The position numbers and the translations under genes were made by a program. Shown here piece by piece: positions 27,795 to 39,639 of a stretch of DNA of 64,000 nt; position 1 is the first letter of the stretch, and each line of letters begins with the position of its first letter. Source of the DNA: Schmidtea polychroa (taxonomy: Eukaryota); assembly GCA_044892525.1 (NCBI GenBank), contig CM097885.1, positions 52,206,001-52,270,000 of the forward strand, read 5' to 3'. The notes under the pieces are model-generated. The model saw nothing but the letters and a program-made list of their open reading frames with translations, ran no database searches and had not been told where the DNA came from.

Positions 27795-28377
27795 CTAAAT
27801 GTCGAAATGAAAAATTGTTCTATTGTAATTCATTAATAATTTAGCAAACATTTATGAATATTTATACAGTTGAAAAAATAGTTTCAACTTATTTCTAATG
27901 ATTCTGACTTTATTAATTTAATTTAACCATATTTTCTGAAATGTATTTCAATTAAAATACTAATTCTAATTAATATACTGCATAATTTTCTAAACTATTA
28001 TTTTTGACTATTTGGACAATATATCCTATTGCAGAAACTGGAATTTGTTCGTAAAAAATATATATTATGTGAAGCATTTAAACAAAATAAAAGGTTTCAT
28101 TTATCTTGAAGTTACAGAACTAATTCATAAACATTCTTGAATCGGTAATTTATTAAAGATTATCGTTGACGGATTATTTTTGAAGGTAACTTTCTCAGTG
28201 TTTCTTGGTCAAAATAAATCTTATAATATTATATTTTAAAAATAGACTATTTATGCTATTTACTGAACTGCCCAAATATAGTGAACATGATCTCGTAAAT
28301 CAAATTGCTACGCATTAATCCGAATTATGCACAATGGTGATATATGATCTTATTCACTTTCTATATATGAGGATTAG

Positions 28378-28596
<219 letters not shown>

Positions 28597-29964
28597 AAGC
28601 ATGAATTGACAATAGGGAAATTTAATATTCACGTATTTTTAATCATTGAGTTTTTAATTCTTTATTTTACAATATTTTAAAAATAAATTAAAGGTTATTA
28701 GAAAATCTAATTAAATTATTAACAGTCAAATTAAATTTTACGAGACATTAAAATTAATATTCAAATAATAATACTAAATTATATAACCAATTATTTTGAC
28801 TGAATATCTAATCAAATGTAATATTATACCAAAATTTCTATAATTCATTTTTATCACAAGACGCTTATTAAATTTATTTTGTCACCTTGAATAATTGTTT
28901 CACATATATCTTTTCTTTTTAATTCCTTTACTGACTATTTTTTTAATAGTTTAATTAGAATTTATAAATAATTTAAGGTTTAATTATTCGTTTAAATCAC
29001 GTTTTGCAAATAAATAAAGAGAAAATTTGATATTGTTTATATTATTAAAAGGAACCAAAAATATTTAATATTTTAAAAGTTTATATATCTAATTTAACGA
29101 TGATTTTAATTAAAAGTGAAATTTTTTGAATTATAAATAAATAAAAATAATTTAATTTGATTGATGTAATAAGATTAGATAATCTCACAATTAGATATTT
29201 CGTAAAATTGAAACGTTTTCCACAAATTCTTTAAAAAGTTAAGTTTATTATACAATGAAGAGAAAAGATTTTTGACATAACAATATGGTAAATATAATAT
29301 ATTTTTAGCATAATAATATAAAGAATATTCAAAAAGATCAGACTTTGAAGTTCAAAAGATGTCGTTTCCATTTCAATTAAAGTAAGCAAGGTAATTTAAC
29401 ATCCCAAAGTAACTTGAATATTACAGAACAATAATCAGTATATTTGCAATAATTTTAACTTGTTTAAAAAATTATTAAAAAACATAATATAAAGAAAACA
29501 TTCTTTGGGTTTAAATTTCGTTTTTTTACTTAGAATTGTTCTTATATATTTTCATGTTATTGTATGAACAATATCCTTACCACGATTTGAAGTCTTGTAT
29601 GCTTTATTACCCGATAAATTTTCATTGGGATTTGCAATAATTATAATGATGAAAATTTTATTGTGAAAATCGCAAATTTGTTTATATATAAGTGGAAGCA
29701 GAAAAACAGAAAAAGAAAGTGTAAATTAATGCATTTCTGACTGCTAAATTGGATATTTAAAATTATTTCATTTGTTCAGGTTTTTATTGTATTATTTGTT
29801 AGCAGAATCACTAAGACATTGGTGAAAAATAAAATATTTAAATTATTTGTAAAATTCTGTTTGAATTTCCAAATTCCAATATATTTTCATTTTTTCAGAC
29901 AATTGATTAATATTTTGTTTTCTTCGTTTTATAATGTTTTATTGCAACATTATATCTATTTAAA

Positions 29965-30190
29965 TTGAGATACAAATTTATTAATTTATTAAAACGAGAC
30001 CTTGAAGACTATAAATCAGTAATATATTCATGCTTTTTGATACTCACGTATTTTCGGCACTGCCTTTTTCAAGTGAATTCACTTGAAAAAGACAGTTCCA
30101 AAAATTCGTGAGTATCAATAAACATCGATATATTACTGATTTATAGTCTTCAAGGTCTCGTTTTAATAAATTAATAAATTTGTATCTCAA
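29965..30190. mobile_element. 226-bp spacer-less palindromic fold-back MITE
   Basis: Self-complementary around GAATTC (30075-30080) with a few mismatches; TAAA on both sides (possible 4-bp TSD). Confidence 0.8.
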
Positions 30191-30449
30191 TAAATTCAAT
30201 GGAAATAATAATCAGTGGTGAAATTGGAAAAAAAAATTTATTAATGTTTATAATTTTGATAAAACACTAAAATTATATTTATTAAGAAACTTGTCTATGA
30301 ATCAGTAACGATATCGATGTTTTTACTGATTCATAGTCAATAAATACAATAAATACAATGTCAATTGAAAATAAATCAGTTTTGAAAATAGAAAAAAGTT
30401 CTTATAAAACTAAAATGGCAATAGTTAAATTTATATATTTTAAAAATAC

Positions 30450-30632
30450 CATTGTTATCCAAAACTCTTCGATTATCCTCTTCAAAACTGATTAATTTAC
30501 CATCATCCTTAACATTTACCCATTGAATAGATGCAGGTGGATAACAATTAGGTCTATCACATTCTAAAATAGCACTACCATCATAGAATACATCTATTGT
30601 TCTTTCTTTTAATGATGAGTATGAAGATATGA
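30450..30632 (-). CDS. L1-CAM/neuroglian-like gene, exon with the start of Ig2
   Basis: SAILECDRPNCYPPASIQWV...RRVLDNNG; 48-bp upstream intron 30633-30680 with GT-AG. Confidence 0.9.
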
Positions 30633-30680
30633 CTGAAATAAAATAACTATAATCATTATTTGAAACTATATATAATTTAC

Positions 30681-30850
30681 AAGCCATTCGTAATTCAGTT
30701 TTATGAGATATTGCTCTTCCAAGATAATTGTAAGCAACACATTGGTAACTTCCTTCATTTTCTCTTATCGCTCTTTCGATTCGTAAACTTCCTTCATCTT
30801 GATTCACAATCAAATTTTCTATCGAATGTCCATTTTTCAGCCATTCGTAA
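30681..30850 (-). CDS. L1-CAM/neuroglian-like gene, exon with the end of Ig1
   Basis: YEWLKNG...GSLRIERAIRENEGSYQCVAYNYLGRAIS resembles the L1-family Ig1 motif GxYQCxAxNxxGxAxS. Confidence 0.92.
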
Positions 30851-31272
30851 CTTTAGGAAATAAATAGATTTATAAATAAAGTATAAGTATTGAAAACCTT
30901 TATCAACAAACAATATAACTAAATAATCTGTCATTGGAAAAGTTTTAGAACAATACAATAACAAACTTTAATTACAAATACTTAAGGTGTTCATCGCTTC
31001 ACATATAATGTAAGGTATGAACATAAATTCGTAAAACTCAGAGAATAACAAGTAGAGAATATAAACTATTTGTAAATCAATCACGAGTTAAACTATTTCT
31101 AATTATTTCAGTGAAACAATGCACTTGCTATACTGTTTGTACAAATTCCGAGTATATGTTAGTACAATACATAAATATAACTCCCTTAATGAAGTGTATC
31201 TTTATTTATTTTGTTTACATATGAAATTAAAAAAATTAACAGTGAATAATAATAATAAATTTAATAATAATT

Positions 31273-31314
<42 letters not shown>

Positions 31315-31349
31315 TTAATAATAATAATAATAATAACAATAATAATAAA

Positions 31350-31438
<89 letters not shown>

Positions 31439-31485
31439 TAATAATAATAATTAATTTATAAGTTGATTTACAATCAAGGACATAC

Positions 31486-31594
31486 TTGGCACTAGGAATT
31501 GCTTTTGCATAACATGGTAAAATTATTGTGGTGTCCATTTGATAGAGGAATTCACCCTTAGGTGGCTGTTGAATGAATGATGGAGGGAATGAGG
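31486..31594 (-). CDS. L1-CAM/neuroglian-like gene, exon with the start of Ig1
   Basis: SFPPSFIQQPPKGEFLYQMDTTIILPCYAKAIPSA; AG acceptor at 31595-96 and GTATGT donor. Confidence 0.9.
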
Positions 31595-33459
31595 CTAATT
31601 TCAATATAAATAATAACTCATTTTGTTTTATTTACTAAATTTAATTTTTTAAAATTTTTGCTTAAAGTTCAAAAATGTTTGATTAATATTATTTAAATAT
31701 TTATTTTTATATCAAATTTTTTTAATAAATAATTAAAGAAAATCTAAATTTAAACAAAACCAATGTATTTTCATTTAATATTTTTCTATTGCTAAGTTGA
31801 TAATATTTGTTGTTGTTCAACATGTGTAATAATTGCAACAGAAATGAGCTTTTTATGTAAATATTGGATTTCTATTTATTTTCATAGTAAACAAAATTCA
31901 GACAGGCAAATAAAATGGTCATTTCAAAATCCATATGATTATTCAGTAAAACAAAACAACAGTAAATTAATAATTGACAAATTTCATTTTATTATTTTGT
32001 TTTATTTTTTGACCAAAAATGTTACAATAAAAACATAAGGCGGAATTTTTTCGTAACTCATGACAATACTTTTTAAATCAAATTATATATATTATATTAT
32101 AAATTATATATATTAAATTATATATATCAAATTATATATAAAACCAATTTTCATAACACATTCATGAAATAGGACCATTGGTCTAAGATTTGAGGTCACT
32201 GTCTTTTAAAATTATTTATGAACCATATTGTACTTAATAAAATTATTTGGCTTTCCTTGTCTCATTGTATCTTACCTAAACTAACGAAAGTATTAAGTAA
32301 GTACGTTTAGAAAATTCTATATTTTAACAAAAGCCTTCAAAAGAAATTACTTTTACAGAAACTGACATAATCTTCTCCTGAAATCATAACTGTTGCAAAA
32401 TCAAAATAAGTGAATAGTTTAAAAGCTCATTAACAAATCGCTCTAACAAATTCATTTATTATAAAGATTAATGTGATGTCGGCCGATTACAATTTTTGAT
32501 AAATATCTAAGAGCCGTTTTCCCCAAAATTTAATTGAATATTTAATATTGCAAATAAAATATTTTATTTCAAATGGAAAAATCCCTCCCACATAAGGCTC
32601 TTGACTTTTTAGAATTTTAATACATTTTCTTCCGATTTAATTATTTTGCGTATTACCGTTAATTAATTTTTAAATAATTATATTTTACTTGTGTATTTTA
32701 TTTAAAATTTATCAATGATAACGAGAAATATAAGTCATAAGAGTTTCACGGGGTCTAAGAGTTTGGAATAATTAAAAAAACCAAATGTTTTTAAATATGA
32801 CAATACTTTTGAAAAAATATTTCTGAAAATTGTTTGATAAAAACTTAATTACATATGTTATGGAACTTATATTTTTAAAAATCGAACATTAGTGTAAAAA
32901 GATTTATAACAAGATACCACTTAAAGTTTAGAGGTTTCGTACCTTTTCTAACAATATGTTTGGCCTATTCACCTAATAATGCAAATCTTTTTAAGTTATA
33001 ATCATTATAACGGATACTTCTCAATTAACATACTCTAATACAGTAAAACAATTAATAAGTATCCAATTAGCTAGTTCAAAAAATAAATTAACAAATTTAT
33101 TATGTATTTATGTATATCTATCTCCTTTTCTTAATTAATTTTTTTCGAGCAATTTCATTAAAATTCTTCTGTTTCTGTTTCTTTTTTACAATTTTACACT
33201 TCAAATTATAAAATTTGAATTTTTTGATTAATTATTTTTATATCCTTTATCTTCATTTTAAACTTTTAAAGTTATCCTGGCCTAAACTTGTGTCAAATAA
33301 ATTAAAATACACCGTTGACATTTAGTCAGTATTAGAGATAATGCAAATTCATAATGTTATTAGTAGATCAGTGACAAAAAGAATAAATGATTTTAATTTT
33401 AATTTATAATTTATTTACAAATTTAATAAAAGTCTAATTTCCATGTTTATTATTATTAC

Positions 33460-33553
<94 letters not shown>

Positions 33554-36315
33554 TATTATTATAAGATAAATGATTCCAATATCTTATATTTCTACATTCA
33601 TAGTAGATGAGTAAAATAAAATTGAACAATTACTTAGAACAAAAAATATGTTAATTTCAATATGTTTGGAAAACAAAATTTAATTAGTCGGAAACTATAT
33701 GAATAAGAGAATTTGTTTAAATTAACAAAACAATTACCAGAAATAATTGAGATAAATAATTAATTTTATTCTCTTTTTTTCAGTTCTTTCATATTAATTT
33801 AATATAGTAAAATGTATTTCAAATTAATAAATAATATATAAAATAAATGATCAAAAATATAAAAGCCTAAATTTTTATTTTCATAAATTATTACGGTTGA
33901 AATGAATGTTTAATTTATTGTTTGAAAATTCGAAAATTTAATCAGATATCTTTAAATATATTCAACAATATTGAATAATGAAATAATAAATTTATTATTA
34001 TAATTTTCAAAATATGGTTCATTATTATTATTATTTTTATTGTAGTTCTATTTGTGTATTTTTATTATTGTAATTGTTATCACAACCATGTCCATTTTTA
34101 TTTTTATCAAAATTATTGTCGTTCCTCTTCTCATCAAGAATTCTCTTCTTTCATATAAATATATTTATTATAAACCAAAATAAATCAACGTTCTATAACA
34201 GGGTACTATAACATGGATTTCAAGATCATTCTATGCATGAAAAGCTTTATTCAATAGAGATCGGTTTTCTTTGAAAACTTTGGTTAATGTAAAACCTTTA
34301 TATTGGGAAACTTCAAAATCTATTAAAAATTAAGGTTTCATAAGTAATTTCATGGGTTAAGGAGGTTCAAATAGCTTAAGAAGGTTATATAATATAATAT
34401 AACATAATGAAAGCTGAATAACTTTCCTGTGTCATTTAGGGATGCTTGGGAAGTTTATAAACTCGGCAGCTTATTTTTCTGCAAAGTTTCAACTGCAAAT
34501 CACCAGAATATCAAAAAAAGATTCTTTTTGGATTGTTAAAATCGAGGATAAAGATGTGATTTCCCAAAGCAATGTAAGAATCTCTGACAAATCTAAATCG
34601 TCAAAATTGCAGCTAAAACTATACCATTTTAAAAAGAAAGCCTTGAACTTAGCCTGTCCTTGCCCCTCAAACATCGCTCTATCAGAATTTTATTTTTGTC
34701 ATAGCCTTATAGCCTGCCTCCTAGAAACTAAGTCAAAATTGAATTGAATCTATTCTTTGACTAAAAAACAATGGAAGTATAAGATAGATAATGAAGAAGC
34801 CCAACATGTATAAAAGATAATAATATAACTAATTGTGATTTTTATTATCCTCCATACTTGAATAACACATAAGCAGGACTGATGCTCAGACCCTATAATA
34901 ATAAATGCATTTAGAATTACATTCTTTGCTTGTAAATATATGGAATAAGTCAGATACTAAGACGACTTGAGTTTGAGATTATTGTTAACATTAAAATATT
35001 TCTTATTATACAGAGTCTATATTATAAACCATTTTGCATTAAGATTAAGTTAATAACGAGAATGAAAAATTATCTTTAGGATAATGTTTTCACATATTAT
35101 TACATTTCTTCATTATTTCTGTTAATAAAAAGGTTTGATTCTAGATTTTCTCTTTTTTGTTACTAAATTTTATTGCCAAAAATGTTTCAGTTGTAGAATT
35201 CAATGAAAACATATGCATGGTACAGAAAATAGGTTTACTCGTATCATGTGAAAGGACTATTGTGCAGAATAAATACCTGTGTAACATCGAAATTTATTCA
35301 TTTTGTACATTTTGATAACCATTTTTTTAATGATTAATGAATTTTTTGATAAGTTTCGTAATCAGAAATCCAAATCAACCCCGAAAATTGGATAGACGAC
35401 AGAAAATTATATTCGAAAATCTAATTTTATGCATTTTATACTTTGAATAAACCAGATTAAATTATTTTTTATTGTTGTTTAAATATGAATATGATTATTG
35501 TGAAAAATAAAACAATAAATAACATTATCAATAGAAAATAAATTGAAAGACAATAAATAGTAATTGTTTTAATGAAGATTATAAATTAAATAATATTTAT
35601 AAGCCCTCTCTCGGGCTGATTCAAATTGTATTATCAATCAAAGAATAATCTTCAGAATTTTATTTTGTTTCAAATTGAAGAAATATTAAAACAAATTGAA
35701 ATTTAAAAATAAATTTTTAAAACAAATTTTACCTTTATCTTTTACTTGAGTTTTTTTTAGCTGTTTCTATGGTTTTTAGTACTCAATAACATTTAAAATT
35801 TATCTGTTCTGTCAAATCAATGGAAATATTTTAACGTAAGTCAGAATAGAGAAACAAATCAAAGGAAGTGTTTATTAGAACTTGAAAGTCAATACTTAGA
35901 CAAATATACGATCAGAGAACAAGAGAAAATAGAGAGAGAGGCAGGACATAGATTTTGTATGTTATTTATCACGTAACACCTATTAAAATAAAAAAAATGT
36001 TACATAAATTAAGCACTATAAAATCAATTATTCCCTCTATTTTCATTGATCAATATTTATTTTATAAAATACAATAAAACAAAATAAAAATCATAATTAT
36101 TTTATAATATTTAAATTTGAAAGCGTTTCACTATCAAAACAAGTAATTCTTAAAAATTCTCGTTACTTTTAATTTTCATCGGAACTGGATTTCTTTCAAG
36201 CTAATATGTAATTCATAATCAACAAGACAATTGCAAATTGTTACTGTTTCATTTAATTCAAACAATAAATTTGTTTTTATTACAATTATATTCAATTATT
36301 TGTCATAAAACACTT

Positions 36316-36325
<10 letters not shown>

Positions 36326-36406
<81 letters not shown>
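36326..36406. repeat. (TA)n microsatellite
   Basis: Perfect dinucleotide run. Confidence 0.98.
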
Positions 36407-36409
<3 letters not shown>

Positions 36410-37479
36410 CAATAATAGATAATACAATGATGTCTGAAGTTTTTAGAGGAAGCTGCGCATCCTTAGTGATTTCCTTTGTAATTTATTAAAATCAATTTTT
36501 AATAATTTTCAGAAGTATTTAAAAATTCAATTTTACTGAACGGAAACAGAAATTTAGGAAAATAAAAATAATATTATGAATAATATTTAATTAATAATAT
36601 TTACAAAATATAATAATAATAGTAATATAAATTGAATAGGACAATTAACACGTTGCGCCAAATTTTTATTGCTTCTATTGACATCATAAAAAAGAATTAC
36701 TATAAAATGAAACAAAATAAAACCTAACATTATTTAAGCAAAACTATTAATAATAATATAGTAGTATGTAGTAAGGACTCCAGCGCACTTTCAAGGTCAT
36801 GGAATATCAAGATCAAATATAGACCAATCGAATCATTTATTTTTTAAATTAACATTTTATTTAATTACTTTTTTTTTCTTTTTTTTTTGTTAATTTTATT
36901 AATTAATTATTTTATTATGTTTTATTTTAATTTATTACATTTAATTAATTTATTAGTTTATTAATATTTTATTTTAATTACTTACGCTATTTAATTATTG
37001 TTATTATTATTATTTTTATTTATTTATTTTTTTTTAATTAATTAATTTATTTTTTAATTTAAATTTTATTTAATTATTTCTATTTATTTTTTTTTCTTTT
37101 TAATTTTCTTAATTAATTATTTTATTATGTTTTAATTTTAGTATTATTTTATTTATTTATTATTATTATTATTATTATTTTTTTTTAATTTTACATTTAC
37201 ATTATATTCTAACAAGAGGTAAATTATAACAATAATATTTCAATTTGAATAAAAGTTTAATTAGTAATAATCATAAAATAAAGCTATGTTAATTTAAAAT
37301 AAAATGGACATTAATTTTTCAAAACAAAGCAAAGTTTTTCATGATAAATAATAATTCTTACTTGAAACTAATTATCTAAATTAATTGGACAAATGAATAA
37401 TTAAATGATAAAACACATTTTAATTAACTAAGTCAAACAATTCACAATATATATTTTATTATTCACATAAATTTAATTG

Positions 37480-37866
37480 TTAAAGTGCTTGTTTCGATTT
37501 GCATTCATTTCTAGACATAGCAGTTGCAATATGCATTTGGCGAATCTTATAGTGACCGTAGGCATAACTTTCATTAGAATTGAACCAATACCTTTTATCG
37601 TCCAAACATTGGAGAGCTCGTTTTTCTGTCATGAAAGTATACAACTGATGATTGACACTTCCTATTCTTTTTTGTGGGATGCTCACTGTTCCACCATCAG
37701 TATACACTTTTTTATAGGCTTCATGTGTAAGATTAGAGTTTGTAAGTCTTATTCCTTTGGCTTTTAGAGTGTTTTTATCGCCTTGGAGTGAGTAGCACTT
37801 GGGTCGAAGAAACACCCATTCTTTATATTGATTTCCTTTATTCTCATCCTTGAATTTCCCGATTAC
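37480..37866 (-). pseudogene. Inverted second copy of the last ~128 codons of pPolB
   Basis: Reverse complement of 39253-39639 (VIGKFKDE...FLRPKCYS...AKGI...DDKRY), about 5% diverged by manual count. Confidence 0.95.
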
Positions 37867-39639
37867 CGAAAAAAAAACTTGCCACGTCTTCCACTTACTT
37901 CAAAGATTTTCAATTCGCATTTATTAACTGGTAAAGGCATATTTCCTTATGATATGGCTACATCTATGGATGTTTTACAGTCAATAACAGAATTACCACC
38001 GATTTGGGAGGGAGTTAGTCAAGAAGATTATATACATGCAAATCGAATCTGGCGACAATACAACTGTGAGACACTGCTAGATTACATGCTAGTATATCTC
38101 AAGCTGGATGTTTTTCTGATGGCCGATGTTTTTGAAGCTTTCAGAGAAAAAACATTTGACGAAGATGGACTTGAGGCTCTATCGTTTGTTTCCATACCCG
38201 GATTAAGTTGGGCATCAGCTATTAAACAGTTACCTGAACCAGTAGAACTTATTCAAGATCCAGAGCTTTACCGTTTATTTGAAGCTGGTATTCGTGGTGG
38301 AATGACATTTATCAACAAACATCATGTTGAAGCTGATGAATCAACACAAATGTCATACCTAGATGTTAATAATTTATATGGATGGGCGCTGTCGCAAAAA
38401 CTTCCTATTGGTGAATTTAGATGGATAAATGATCAGACTGAAATGAATGGTATTGTTGAAAGATGTGCAAATGGGGATGAGTTTGATGGAGATCGTGGAT
38501 ATGTTCTAGAGGTTGACATCGTCATTCCTGATAGTATACAAGATAAGCTAGATGATTTACCTATAGCTCCTGAGCTTTGTTATCCGCCTGGTAGTAAAGT
38601 TGAAAAGCTGTTGTTAACTCATGAGACTAAGAAAAACTATGTAGTTAATGGTAGAATTTTGACAGAGTGGATGAGTTACGGCGCAAAGGTCACAAAAGGT
38701 AATCGTGCTGTAGAATTCAAGCAAGTGGCTATTTTCAAAGGATATATTGATTACAATACCAAAATGACAGCAGCTAGTACGGATTCGTTTCAGCGAGATT
38801 ATTATAAGTTAAAGAACAACAGTTTATACGGTAAAACTGTGGAAAACTTGAAGAAACGTATAAATTTGAGATTATGCAGCAAAAGCAAAAGATTGATAAC
38901 TTATTGTAGTAATCCTATGTTTCGTCGTAGCATCAAGATTGCGGATGATCTCATTGCTGTTATACTTGATAAGGAAATGGTGTGTTTAGATAGACCAATG
39001 TATATTGGACAAACCGTACTTGATTTATCTAAACTTCGCATGTACCAGTTTCAATATAAAGAACTACAGAGTTATAGAGAAGAATTCAATTGTCAAATTA
39101 ATATCGTAGCCGGTGACACAGATTCCTTATTTTTAGAGTGTAAAAATGTTGATTTACGCTTACAACTATATCCAAAAATGATTGAAGATGGGCTCCTAGA
39201 TACTTCAAATTATCCAGTGACTGATCCATTGTTCTCTGATAAAATTTGTTCTGTAATCGGGAAAGTTAAGGATGAGAATAAAGGAAATCAATATAAAGAA
39301 TGGGTGTTTCTTCGACCCAAATGCTACTCACTCCAAGGCGATAAAAACACTCTAAAAGCCAAAGGAATAAGTCTTACAAATTCTAATATCACCCATGAAG
39401 CTTATAAAAAAGTGTATACTGATGGTGGAACAGTGAGCATCCAACAAAAGAGAATAGGAAGTGTTAATCATCAGTTGTATACTTTCATGACAGAAAAACG
39501 AGCTCTCCAATGTTTGGATGATAAAAGATATTGGTTCAATTCTAATGAAAGCTATGCCTACGGTCACTATAAGATTCGTCAAATGCATATCGCAACTGCT
39601 CCGTCTACAAATGAATGCAAATCGAAACAAGCACTTTAA
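37867..39639 (+). pseudogene. 5'-truncated protein-primed family-B DNA polymerase (Polinton pPolB), uninterrupted frame
   Basis: KGIFPYD, YLKLDVFLMADVFE (ExoIII), IRGG, YLDVNNLYGWA (motif A), KLKNNSLYGK (motif B), GDTDS (motif C), GKxKDE and RPKCY. The N-terminal/ExoI-II region is absent. The first 13 aa of the track ORF are antisense read-in from the left arm. Confidence 0.92.

Noticed and set aside
34442..34747. 101-aa ORF with CPC...CH (SWIM-like) pattern
   Set aside because: The spacing does not fit CxC-xn-CxH, and there is no supporting transposase or splice context.
37477..37767. 96-aa ORFs at 37477(+) and 39352(-)
   Set aside because: They are antisense shadows of the polB 3' end.
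37828..37866. N-terminus MISFILILEFPDY of the 603-aa ORF as a true start or signal peptide
   Set aside because: It starts at TTG and is the antisense of the duplicated VIGKFKDENKGNQ segment.
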